This document shows positions 1 to 12,873 of a stretch of 64,000 nt of DNA, one piece after another. Position 1 is the first letter of the stretch. Each line of letters begins with the position of its first letter. Position numbers and translations under genes: made by a program. The notes beneath the pieces are model-generated. The model was not told the DNA's origin. It searched no databases and was given only the letters and a program-made list of their open reading frames with translations. The stretch lies in contig OZ024742.1 in NCBI GenBank assembly GCA_964016885.1, forward strand, positions 34,286,001 to 34,350,000, given 5' to 3'. The DNA comes from Eledone cirrhosa (lineage: Eukaryota).

Positions 1-526
1 CAACCCCACCAAGGTTTCTTGGTGAGGAGGGTGATTTTGACATCCTGCGGGACTAGAAAACAAAACCTGTCAAAGGGCAAAGAAGCTCTTAAGAGTCAAT
101 GGCCATCCAAAATTACCGGGAGAGATGACCCCTTAGCCTTTGTCAAGGCAGAATTCTAGGAGAAGGAAAACTCTGATATAACACCTGCAACCCTGGTGGT
201 ATCCAATGATGTTGACATGTTCTTCTTTTTGGTAAATATCATCTTGGTTAAGAGAGTGGGACTGGCTTTGTGCAGTGCCTTTGCTCACTATAAAAGCTTC
301 ACGGCACAGGCATTGCTTTATATCTGGAGATCTCTCTGCACTTGTCCTCACATGGTACCATGGGCCCAGCACTGTGTGTCAGTAATTGTCACAAGTGTAG
401 TGTTTGTACCAGAGTATTCAAGTCGCTGGCTGGACTAAAAAGTCACACTCGTTCAGGGCATCGGTAGGGGTTCTCCTACATGGATATAAAGTAGTGGCCG
501 TACTCGAAAACGAGTTAGCAGCCACC
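1..526 (+). mobile_element. Non-autonomous RTE-derived retroelement, copy 1 (runs off window start)
   Basis: Homologous to 32348-32789 and 62549-62951. The 3' part reads CSVCTRVFKSLAGLKSHTRSGHR* (RTE-type terminal C2H2 finger), then hairpin gtggc-ctcg-aaaa-cgag-gccac and an ATGT/TA tail. Confidence 0.65.
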
Positions 527-551
527 ATGTATATATATATATATATATGTA

Positions 552-727
552 CGAGGGCAATCCCAAAAGTAAGGTCTCCTTCCGATATTGCAACTTTTCC
601 GTTAAAATCCTGTGGATGGTGCTTCGGGAAACCTCAGGAACCAAAATGCAGAGAACATCCAGACTGATCCGCCGATCTTTACGCATGTTTTCCTCGGAAG
701 GAGACCTTACTTTTGGGATTGCCCTCG
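552..727. mobile_element. Tc1/mariner-type MITE
   Basis: 34-bp perfect TIRs (cgagggcaatcccaaaagtaaggtctccttccga) with TA on both sides. A related orphan right TIR ends at 940. Confidence 0.85.
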
Positions 728-1090
728 TATATAATAACTGCGCGAAATTCGCACTTGGGGGTAGCGTTCAACGGGAGCTCCATTCTCAACGGCTGCCAAG
801 ATTGAGCATCCTATCGAAGCGCGCGCATGCTTGTTTGGGAGTGAAGGAAGCACCAATCACAGCAGTGTTGTCAACGGCCGTACGAACAGTTTCTCTGCGT
901 CCCCATCGCTTTCGAGACCTTACCTTTGAGATTACCCTCGTATGTATATATATATAACAAAAGGTTCAGTTTACATGCCAACACAAGATCAAGAACGAGG
1001 GGCTCATGCTACTGCTTAAAAGAGGCGCTTTGCATAATTGCAAACCAATCGAATATTATTATTAGTATTCAAAAAAACTTAAATTACATT

Positions 1091-1323
<233 letters not shown>

Positions 1324-1624
1324 ATGTAGGGATCGATTGCCTGCTGTAAGGATGAGTACAACATCATGACAGATAAATCTTTCATTATTTTCCAGTGCTT
1401 CAACAACCATTTCTACCCATTTGGAAAACGTAGCACCAGAATATCTATGTAGAGTTCTCTTAGTACATAGAATATGTCGGGAGTTGATAACGAGATCTAC
1501 AATATTCTATTAGGTTAGTATTGCACTTTGGAAGTTTCACTCACTATATACAAAGACATACACAGCGGGTATTCACACACAAACCCAGATAATAATATAT
1601 ATTTGTACATAGGTATGACTTGTT

Positions 1625-1689
<65 letters not shown>

Positions 1690-1692
1690 ACG

Positions 1693-1746
<54 letters not shown>

Positions 1747-1802
1747 TCAAAAGCAAGATGGTGTATGACAGAAGAACAAAAGAGACACAAAATAAAAACC
1801 TA

Positions 1803-1845
1803 GTCACTGAGGATGTCACAGAATGTGTGTCGAAAGAGCTTTGAC
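1803..1845 (+). ncRNA. Type I hammerhead motif in a PLE 3'-end fragment
   Basis: gtca CTGAGGA t gtcaca..tgtgtc GAAA gagc tt tgac. Surrounding 1745-1945 is homologous to the 3' UTR of the PLE at 33827-34250. Confidence 0.7.
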
Positions 1846-2037
1846 AATATATAAACAACCTTCCTGTTATCGAACCAACCAGCCACGCGGAAATTTATAA
1901 TAAATTGAAGTGAAAACCTACAGGTGTTTGTGTTGTTATTGGCAGCGATAATGAGGGACAGAGACCGCTGGAGATAACTCGTCCATGGATCTCGGGAATT
2001 TTACCCACCTTAGATATATATATATATATATATATAT

Positions 2038-2800
2038 AAGTATGTATACGTACATACATATATGTATACAGACGTACAGTAGTATGTATCTATATACATA
2101 CACACATATATATATGTACGTATGGGTTTACCGAACATTTATTGTAATGTTCGGTTTGTTTGTAAACAAGCAGCCCGAATTAAGCCGTACAGTGTTTAGC
2201 AACCATCGTTGCCCTTTTGTTCAACACTGATAAAGGAGCGATGTACTGGTTTCAAGCTTATTAGCTATCGTCAGCAACGTATACCTTCCTGTCAGATGAT
2301 TGAACGTCTGAAAGTATATACTTTCCTTATGCATATTAACGGCTGAGCAGCCTAATTTGCATATCGAGTGAGTTAGTCGGCCGGGCGCACCGAAAACGAT
2401 AAGTGGAAAAAATGAAACGAAATTTCATTTCTCACTCTTAGTACGGCTGTTACTTAAATATAAGTATGTATACGTACATACATATATGTATACAGACGGA
2501 CAGTAGTATGTATATATATACATACATGCCGGCCGACTAACTCACTCGATATGCTGCTCAGCTGTTAATATGCATAAGGAAAGTATATACTTTCAGACGT
2601 TCAATCATCTGGCAGGAAGGTATACGATGCTAAAGATAGCTAATAAGCTTGAAACTAGTACACCGTTCCTTTGTCAGTGTTGAACAAAAGAGGAACGATG
2701 GTTGCTTAACACTGTACGGCTTAATTCGGGCTGTTTGTTTACAAACAAACCGAGCATTATAATAAATGTTCGGTAAACTCATACGTACATATATATATGT
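2038..2800. mobile_element. HHR-bearing non-coding repeat, family A, head-to-head palindromic insertion
   Basis: Left arm 2038-2525 has a 424-bp period (aagtatgtatacg at 2038 and 2462). Inverted arm from 2528. Flanked by (TA)n. HHR at 2239-2279 (-); mutated core at 2625-2665 (+). Confidence 0.85.
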
Positions 2801-2867
2801 GTGCTTGTATGTATATGTGCATGTATGTATGTGTGCATGTATGCATATATATATATATGTGTGTGTG

Positions 2868-2929
<62 letters not shown>

Positions 2930-3014
2930 TTGAAAAAATGAAAACGAAATTTCATTTCTCACTCTTAGTATGGCACTTACTTACGAACGTTCAACTATCT
3001 GGCAGATGGGTAAA

Positions 3015-3055
3015 CGGTGCTGATGATAGCTAACAAGCTTGAAACTAGTACATCG
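3015..3055 (+). ncRNA. Type I hammerhead ribozyme
   Basis: cggtg CTGATGA t agct aaca agct t GAAA ctag TA catcg: intact core, stems I and II, palindromic stem III, GUA site. Confidence 0.85.
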
Positions 3056-3227
3056 TTCCTGTGTCAGTGTTGAACAAAAAGGTTACGTGGTTGCCTTAAC
3101 ACGGTATGGCATAAATTCAGCTGTTCGGTTTGTTGACAAACAAACGAACAAAGCGACGTTATAATAAACGTCCGCTAAACTGATGCGTGCATATATGTAT
3201 GTGTACCTGTATTTATATATGTATATG

Positions 3228-3281
<54 letters not shown>

Positions 3282-3517
3282 TGCTACTGTACGTCTGTAT
3301 ACATATATGTATGTACGTATACATACATACTTACATTTAAGTAGGTGCCATACTAAGAGTGAGAAATGAAATTTCGTTTTCATTTTTTTCAACTTATCGT
3401 TTTCGGTATGCCTGACCAATTTAACTCACTCAATATGCAAATTAGGCTGCTCAGCCGTTAATTTTCATAAGGAAAGTATATACTTTCGAACGTTCAACTA
3501 TCTGGCAGATGGGTAAA

Positions 3518-3558
3518 CGGTGCTGATGATAGCTAACAAGCTTGAAACTAGTACATCG
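3518..3558 (+). ncRNA. Type I hammerhead ribozyme
   Basis: Identical to 3015-3055, one repeat unit downstream. Confidence 0.85.
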
Positions 3559-3731
3559 TTCCTGTGTCAGTGTTGAACAAAAAGGTGACGTGGTTGTCTT
3601 AACACCGTATGGCATAAATTCAGGCTGTTCGGTTTGTTGACAAACAAACGAACAAAGCGACGTTATAATAAACGTCCGCTAAACTGATGCGTGCATATAT
3701 GTATGTGTACCTGTATGTATATATGTATATG

Positions 3732-3793
<62 letters not shown>

Positions 3794-3841
3794 TGCTACT
3801 GTACGTCTGTATACATATATGTATGTACGCATACATACATA

Positions 3842-3917
<76 letters not shown>

Positions 3918-3943
3918 TATATATATATATGTATGTATGCATG

Positions 3944-3988
<45 letters not shown>

Positions 3989-4022
3989 ATGTGTATATAT
4001 ATATGTATATATATATATACGG

Positions 4023-4289
<267 letters not shown>

Positions 4290-5153
4290 TTATATATATG
4301 TGTGTGTGTCCGTGTGTGTATGAACGTGTTTGTGTGAATATGAGTATTTATATCAATGTATGTGCATGTGATAATATTTATCTGTGTGATTATTTAGACA
4401 TATACCTCGGTGATTATGGAAATAAGATTTCGTGTATTTCATATAAATCTGTGTTAATTCTGTTCGCTTGCCAACATATTAATATTTACTGATATTACCA
4501 GAAATATTTACAAAATATTCCATTGGATGCAACAGTCTAAATATATATATGTATATATTAAGACACAAACAAACGTACACACACACATACACACACAGGC
4601 ATATAAATATATATATATATATGTATATATGATATTTACATTATAATGCCTGTTTTATACGAACTAATATTTTCTACATGATGAAACATAGCGTTTTTTA
4701 AATTCTGCCTCGTTTATGTCTGGTTATTTTTCATTTTCTCTTTTTCATTTTCTCTTTTTTCTCTCTATATAACGGCTATTTTCTCTCTTAACTACATACA
4801 TCTCTCTTTACATTAATACTAGAGCTAAATAAATAAATAAATAAATGTATCGACTGATACTCAACTACCTAGTTTCTCTATCTATCTCTATATCTATCTC
4901 TTTCTTTTTTCCTCTCTCTATATATCTCTCTCTGTTCCTTTACATAAAGTTCTTCTCTTTATCTATCTTTATATATCTCTCTATTTAATCACATGCATTT
5001 CTTCTTTTTTTTCGTTTTTCTTTCTTTCTTTCTTTCTCTCTTTCTTTTTACAACTGTCCACAATATTTTTTACTGCCAAATCAACTTCCCAAATGCAAGT
5101 CGATTGAAAGGTATGTCATATCTATTTATTTATAAGACTGTTTATATTGTATT

Positions 5154-5211
5154 TTGTCTGATGAAGGCATAACATATTGTTAATATGATATCGCTGAAAT
5201 ATATATAATGA
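5154..5211 (+). ncRNA. Degenerate hammerhead motif in a PLE-type 3' fragment
   Basis: CTGATGA aggc...gct GAAA tatata TA. The downstream sequence is shared with 31965-32125 and ends in TA repeats. Confidence 0.5.
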
Positions 5212-5498
5212 AATAAATATGGTTTTATAAATATAGTTTCCATTTATTTAATATCATAAATATACTCCAAATACTTGTTGAGTGCTTTTATATCAGTTAT
5301 AAATATTTACTCGTTGTTAATCCAACAATTTAAATATAACTTTCTATGTATATATATATATATATAACGAAGGAAATGTGGTAAGGAACCAGGTGGACCA
5401 TAACGCACCAAAGTACTCAATACTTGAGGTAGTAGAGTGGGTAATAGGAACCAGTAAGACCCCGACAGCTGAGCTCAGCTGTCAGGGTCTTACTGGTT

Positions 5499-5544
<46 letters not shown>

Positions 5545-5646
5545 TGTGTGTGTGTGTGTGTACGTTTGTTTGTGTCTTAGTGTCTTAGTGTCTGTGTATC
5601 TACACACCTGTACTCTCCGTACAAATATATATATATATATAAACAA

Positions 5647-5677
<31 letters not shown>

Positions 5678-6091
5678 GAGAGAGAGAAGGGGAGAGAGAG
5701 AGAGAGGGCGAGAGAGTGACAGAGAGAGAGATTGAGAGTTAGAGAGAGAGAATGAGAGAGACTGTAATGTCCCTACGAATATATCCAGTTTATATGAAAT
5801 TATGCATATACCACATTTCATATACGAAGTAATATTAAGAACAAAACACGTAATACGACTTTTGCAGCCTACCCGTTATTGAAGTAGGTTAGTTATTCAT
5901 ATATTCTGAGTGTCCGGATATCATTTTGAATTGTGTCATTGGTTTTACATTATTTTTTTAGTATTCATTCTGTAGGTTAATTTCAATGTAGTTTTATGAC
6001 CTTTTTTGCTTGGGTTTCTGGAGAGCGTTGATCTATTCAAGTGGAGGTAATTATTAATGGTATAGTTACATAAACTCACCCATACACACAT

Positions 6092-6215
<124 letters not shown>

Positions 6216-6579
6216 ATACATATGTATATATATATATATATATACATTATTGGTGTTGGATGCTTAAAGCGTCTGTATGCGGTAGGCCGTATGAGCACTC
6301 GATGCTCATAAGAAAATATGCTTCGTACAATCAAGACGTATCTGAGGACCTTGCGAATATCAGAGTCAGGTTCGATCACCATATCGATCGTGCCTCGAGC
6401 TAGTCGCCAGAGGAACGATTGTAATATGTCCAACAAATTCCATTCGTCAAAACACTGATTCTCTTTTTTTCTGTGGTATATACATACATATATATATTAT
6501 GTATATATATATATTTATATATATATATATATGTATATATATATAACGAAGGAGATGTGGTAAGAAACCAGATGGACCA

Positions 6580-6685
<106 letters not shown>

Positions 6686-6704
6686 GTATAGATATATATT
6701 TATG

Positions 6705-6737
<33 letters not shown>

Positions 6738-6957
6738 TGTGTCGTCAAGTATGAAATTTGTAGAGATTTGTTTTATTCTACGAAATTCTATAGTTTCCAT
6801 ACTTGACCCAATATATATATATATAAGTGTGTGTGTGTGTGTGTGTGTTTATGTTTGTATGGGTGAGTTTATTACCTCCACTTGAATAGATCAACGCTCT
6901 CCAGAAACCCATATATATATATATATATATATACATATATATTCATATATAAAGAAG

Positions 6958-7027
<70 letters not shown>

Positions 7028-7477
7028 CACAGACATATGAATAATAAAATTACAGTATATACATAATGTACTTCCAAAATTATATCCTGTTTATAGAAAT
7101 ATATTTTCACAGTCATTATTGAAATAATCTGAGAAAATATTACTGCATGATCTTCGGTGCTTACAAGTAAATAAGTGCAAGGTTACAATCTCCTTATAAT
7201 ATATAACCAGCAATTTGTCTGTCTGTCTGTCTGTCCGACAGTGGAAACACGTGCGCGCGTGGTTGCTGTCTCTCTCTCTCTCTCTCCAGCTATCCCTCTC
7301 TTTTAGTCTGTCTGTTTCTCTCACTCTCACTCTTTCTCTTTGTAACACACTAACATTCCTCCCCTCTATCGCTGTGACGAATGGGGAGATGGAGGAGGAG
7401 GAGGAGCGAGTCACTTCGTCACTTCACCTCTGCCTTACTTTCTCTCCCCTCTCACTCCCTCATTACGTACAGGCATT

Positions 7478-7671
7478 AGGGCGGTGGATTGGCAGAATCT
7501 GTAGAGTGTCGGACACCATGCTTAATAGCATGGAGTTACGTCCCTTTACGGTCTGAGTTCAAATACCGCCGAGGTTAACTTTGCCTTTCATCCTCACGGG
7601 GTCGATAAAATAAAGTACCAGTAATGTACTGGGTAATTGCTGGCCTTGTGCCAAAAGTAGAAACAATTATT
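7478..7671 (+). mobile_element. tRNA-derived SINE, family 1
   Basis: A-box-like tggcag..tcggtag, B-box gagttcaaat, central block gcctttcatcct..ggggtcgataaaataaagtaccag, tail ggccttgtgccaaaagtagaaacaattatt. More than 15 full or partial copies in the window. Confidence 0.85.
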
Positions 7672-7790
7672 AGAAACATTGCTTCATTTTTACATATCTA
7701 AGCATTAGTAAAATAACTAATAATTTCAAAAGTAATTTTTCAATTCCAATTGTTATGAACAGCAAAACATTAATAATAATTTTGTTCTAA

Positions 7791-8012
7791 GAAATATATA
7801 TACATTTCTGTGTGTGTAATATATATATATATATACACAGAAATATATATACATTTCTGTGTGTGTAATATATATATATATACACACAGAAATATATATA
7901 CATTTCTGTGTGTGTAATATATATATATATACACACAGAAATATATATACATTTCTGTGTGTGTAATATATATATATATACACACAGAAATATATATACA
8001 TTTCTGTGTGTG

Positions 8013-8095
<83 letters not shown>

Positions 8096-8100
8096 GAAAT
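7791..8100. repeat. 49-bp minisatellite, about 5 units
   Basis: Unit gaaatatatatacatttctgtgtgtgtaatatatatatatatacacaca at 7791, 7840, 7889 and onward. Confidence 0.9.
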
Positions 8101-8354
8101 ATATGGGCATTTCTCTGTTTGTCTGTCTGTCCTTCCCTAAAACTCAAATGTAGGTGCTACAGAAATATTACCTTCCCCTTCCTTTCTTCACTTTGGTACT
8201 ACCAAGAGAAACACTGTCGCTATAGAAACATTACCTTCCCCTCTCCACTGACTGTGGTCACTGAGGCCGAGGGAATCGCTGGTTGCTATAGAGACACCTT
8301 GCACAAGCCAGAAGTAACCAGTTCGAGGCGGTTCTGACTTGACACCATGCCAAG

Positions 8355-8868
8355 TCTACTTATAATATATAATGGGCATTTCTCTGTTTGTTTGTCTGTC
8401 TGTCCGTCTGTAAAAAATGCCAAGGAAACAAATAGACGCGGTTTCAAATCTCTATGCTTTTCAAATTCATTACATTAATCTTTATTTATACGTTTCGCTT
8501 TACGAGTATTTCGACTTACGAGTGTTTCGGCTTACGAGTGTTTCGGCTTATCATTATATATAAACGTTTCTATTTCCATCGTTTTATCGTAAATGTTTAT
8601 ATATTTCCATAGTTATATCATAACGTTTATGTATCATAACGTTTATATTTCCGTCACTAATCTCTTTTTCTCCTTTTTCGTTTTAACATATATTTATTTC
8701 AAAGATTTCACCGTATAGATAACATATATATTTATACATGCATAAAAGACACACCGAGAGACGGTGAACATGTGGTGCCGAAAACATTTCTCATCCAAAT
8801 CTCAACAATATCAGTATATACACTAGATTTGCTAGCAGAAAACCGCCCACCGGGTGGTTTTCTGCTAG
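8355..8868 (+). mobile_element. Non-autonomous Helitron-like element
   Basis: 5' TCtacttataatatataa followed by (GTCT)n; 3' GC-rich hairpin (gaaaaccgcccaccgggtggttttc) ending in CTAG. Confidence 0.6.
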
Positions 8869-9060
8869 TCTATATATATAAAACTGAGGTTGTCTGTCTG
8901 TCTGTCTGTCTGTTTACTAAAACGGTCGGCACACATCTCCTCTTAAACCGTACGTTCAAATTTCGGTGAAATTGCTACACTTATAGATGAAGGTCCAGCG
9001 GAGACAAACGTCAAAACATTTTTCAGATCGACTCACGCCAAGTGCAAAAATAGAATTTGT
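8869..9060 (+). mobile_element. Helitron-like 5' end abutting the previous element
   Basis: TCtatatatataaaactgaggttgtctgtctgtctg directly after the CTAG. Right boundary uncertain. Confidence 0.5.
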
Positions 9061-9844
9061 AATGTATGATTTTTCAGTACAAATGTATAAATAGAGATGA
9101 GAGACGAGTTATTTCCCTTTTATGGCGTCATTTATTTATCTATTTCCGTTACGAACAAACTACGCATACAAAAATACGCGAACAGTTTTTGGGCCAGCAA
9201 AATTTTAACCTGCAAAATTCATGAGTTCGAAGTTTCAACATTAAGCTTCCATTTTGCGTCATTTCCATTAAAAAGTCTTCTAAAACAATATTTCAGCGCA
9301 TCAGCCTCGCATCACCTGAGGCAACGCTGCGAGTGTGCTGGCTTGCCTCAAAATTAGAGAGGTTGACCAGTACTCGCGACGTTGCTGTCTTTTGCTCTGG
9401 TGTTGGATCCGTTGTTCACCCCTTCCTTTACATTTTCTTTAATATTGTAGCATTGAAGGAATATATCTTTCATTGTAGTGTTACCGAGGCATTTATAATG
9501 TTATTTATGTATATATTTAAAATATATTTGTTATGGTATTCTACTGTAAATTTATTTATATGCTCTGTTTATATTTTCATTCTCACTACCCTCAAAAATC
9601 TATGAAACTACATACATGTTGCAACTCTATCTATATATATATATATCACACACACACATATACATACACATCTAAAGAGAGAAAGGGAGATGTAGAGAGA
9701 GAGAGAGATAGGTCGTTATACAGAGAGGGGTACAAGTTAATCAGATAGAGAGAGAGAGAATGGCGACGAACGCTGGTTCTCACATACACACACACAAACA
9801 CATATATATATAAAGAGAGAGAGAGAGGAAGAGAGAGAGAGAGG

Positions 9845-9927
<83 letters not shown>

Positions 9928-10699
9928 AGAGAGAGATGCTCGTTCTTTATTTTTCTCCATTCTGTAGTGGAAGAGAGAGAGGGGGGTATGAGTGAGAGAG
10001 AGAGACAGAAAGTGAGAGAGAGAGAGAGGGTATGAGAAAAAAGGGAGAGGGGTTAAGAAAGAAAGAAAGTTTAAGCAAAGAATCGCTGCTTTCAACATTA
10101 ACGGGATCTTCTTAAACTAATAAATTCAATCTGTGAACGCAGAATTAAATATTTTGAGAAAAGTTGCAACCGAAGGAAAACAGGAAGACGATATTTTGGT
10201 TCGTGAAGACGTTCCCTGGTAATGACCGAAAAAAAAACGAGGATAATACGTCGTTATGTGGACGAGAAGAACAATTTCATGCAAAGACGAGACCAAGTTT
10301 ATCGTGTAAATGGAGTCGTTAAACTAATATTCTATTTAAAATAACCAAATGATTTCTAGCCACGGAGTTTAAGAATGATGTAAATAAAATTGTAAACGAA
10401 AATGACAGAGGTTATTAAAATAGTTGTTTCTACTTTTGGCTCAAGGCCAGCAATTATCCAGTACATTACTGGTACTTTATTTTATCGACCTCATAAGGAT
10501 GAAAGGCAAAGTTAACCTCGACGGGATTTTAACTTTGCCTTAAAATAGTAAAAGTAAATAGTGAAGATTTAGGCCAGTACATATATGTACACATACATAT
10601 ACATAGGCACACACAAATACACACACGTATGTATATGTACACATACATATACATACGCACACACAAATACAAACGCACACACACACGCGCGCGCGCGTG

Positions 10700-11135
10700 T
10701 GTGTAAACCTTATACATTTCTACAATATTTTCACCAAAATTAAGACATAGGTTACTTATGTACTCCGGATGGTCATGGGCACTTTCATTTTTCCAGATAT
10801 TGATTATAGGGCCTCCCGGCAGATAACCCCCTTTGACCACTTCCTTGGAGTCGACTGAAGCACTGCAGTGCAATGCAACAAAACGTCATAACTTCTGGAG
10901 TTCGCAACCGATTTTCACAAAACTTGATACATGGGCTACATGTGTTCTACAGATGAATGTGAGCTCTCAGAATTGGCACATATTGAGTAGGGGACCCCTG
11001 GGGGCAGGAACCCCCTTTTGGAAAACGCCGATGATTTTGTAAAAGTATAGTTTTTCAAGCAGCACTGAAATATTAACATAAATGGTATACATAACTGGTA
11101 TTTAATACCCGAGCAACGCCGGGCACCTCTGCTAG
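10700..11135 (+). mobile_element. Non-autonomous Helitron-like element, 3' part
   Basis: Terminal hairpin cccgagcaacgccggg then gCTAG-t. Left boundary approximate. Confidence 0.6.
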
Positions 11136-11728
11136 TTAAGTAATAAAACATTAGCAGACGTTAAAGTTCGTGCATATACAAAAATCACGTCTGCTTCTCC
11201 GTGTGGCTGTACATCTATGTACATATGATTTTTATATATTTGTTCATGTCTAGCTTTGTTCTTTGAATATATAAATGCAAGTGTTTCTAATAATGCATAA
11301 AGTCTGTATTTTGTTATTTTTATTTTTTATTTACATATCTGTGTTAAATATTAATATATGTCACTGCGAATTTATATGTGTGTGTAAGTGTACTTATAAA
11401 GGTGTGCGTGCGTTTGATTTTTGGAAGAATATTTATCTTTAAAAGTGTGAGAGTGTGTTACTGTAGTTGTGCTTATATCTAGAAAATATGTCTCAATCTG
11501 TATACATGTATGTATGTGTGGATGTAGATACTGTATGTATGTATGTATATTTGTATGTACGTCTGTGTATGTATATATGTATGTATCTCACGTGTGTGTA
11601 TGTATATGTATGTATGCATGTGTCTGTATGTATGTATATTTGTGTACATGTATGCGAGTGTGTGTGTCAATGTCAACCACAGATGATTATCTACTAAAGT
11701 GTTGTCCAGTAGTGAACATTCGTGAACA

Positions 11729-11908
11729 TAATTGTTTCTACTTTTGGCACAAGGCCAGCAATTATCCCAGCGCATTACTGGTACTTTATTTTATCGACTC
11801 CGTAAGGATGAAAGGCAAAGTTAACCTCGGCGAGATTTGAACTCAGAATGGCAAGGGCCGTAATTCTATGCGTCAAAGCATGGCGTCCAACCCTCTACCG
11901 ATACTGTC
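11729..11908 (-). mobile_element. tRNA-derived SINE, family 1
   Basis: Reverse complement of the family 1 consensus. A partial copy also lies at 10421-10534 (-). Confidence 0.85.
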
Positions 11909-12009
11909 GTTCATGAACATAATGAGACTTCTTCACACGAGATAGTCCTGCCAATGAAGCTTGTGAATTCATTAATCATATTAGAATGGAATACGATATA
12001 TATATATAT

Positions 12010-12196
12010 AACGAAGGAAATGTGGTAAGGAACCAGATGGACCATAACGCACAAAAGTACTCAATACTTAGGGTAGTAGAGTGGGTAAAAGGAACGAGTA
12101 GGACCCCGACGGCTGAGCTCAAGCCGTTTCGACGGCTAATTCTGGACCAGAATTAGCCGTCGAAACGGCTTGAACTCAGCCGTCGGGGTCCTACTC

Positions 12197-12200
<4 letters not shown>
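12010..12200. mobile_element. PLE-type palindromic fragment (family E) containing a hammerhead 3' half
   Basis: Inverted arms meet at ctggaccag; gtc GAAA cggct..agccg TC gggg. Other copies at 5367-5500, 6545-6580, 26193-26250, 37728-37845, 45708-45792 and 60082-60287, all in TA arrays. Confidence 0.75.
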
Positions 12201-12286
<86 letters not shown>

Positions 12287-12455
12287 AGAAGGGATAACAA
12301 AATATCGTTATAGGTAATCCAGTTAGTGGCTGTGGATAGTTTTAGCCCACGGCGTTGTTTGACTCAGCAAGAGGTTTCCGTAGGTGGCGAGTTTGTGAGT
12401 TCTCTTGAATTCCTATGTAAATTTATCTTGGACTCAGAAAGGACTCTCTGAGTCC

Positions 12456-12559
12456 TTTCTGATGATCTGCTTAAGCTAACTTCGTATTTAAAATTGAGTA
12501 GGACAGCTTCAATTGTTCAGCAATTTTTAGACAACTTAATCAGTGAAACAATTGTTAAT
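12456..12559 (+). ncRNA. Hammerhead motif with long stem II insertion
   Basis: ttt CTGATGA tctg...cagt GAAA caattg TT aat. Host repeat 12290-12655 is homologous to 25730-26050 (-). Confidence 0.55.
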
Positions 12560-12689
12560 ACTGTAAATAAAACCCTTTTATGTACTGTTGACCATGTTAT
12601 TCTTCACACTTAAACAGCAATAACAACACAATCGGTACGGTATATGGAAGGTATATATTAGGTTAACGCTTGATATAGCAGGAAGAGGG

Positions 12690-12725
12690 TCTTAACGTTT
12701 CGGACGCTAGTCCTTCATCAGAAGA
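12690..12725 (-). ncRNA. Minimal type I hammerhead ribozyme
   Basis: Minus strand: tctt CTGATGA a ggac tagc gtcc GAAA cg TT aaga. Homologue at 52148-52183. Confidence 0.8.
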
Positions 12726-12823
12726 AAGAATGAGAAATAAAATAGATTGAGGTGACGGGCGGGATGGAATTGGAAAACATGTCTTTAGATAAAAATAACA
12801 GGTCCATTCATGTTGATATCTCT

Positions 12824-12873
<50 letters not shown>

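Larger units (their letters stand above)
2927..3845 (+). mobile_element. Family A (diverged subfamily) tandem ~1.7-mer with a short inverted arm
   Basis: 503-bp period with identical HHRs at 3015 and 3518. 2927-2983 is the reverse complement of about 3338-3395. TA arrays on both sides. Confidence 0.85.

Noticed and set aside
7791-8100. Regular repeat resembling a CRISPR array
   Set aside because: No unique spacers, eukaryotic context and no cas genes; it is a minisatellite.
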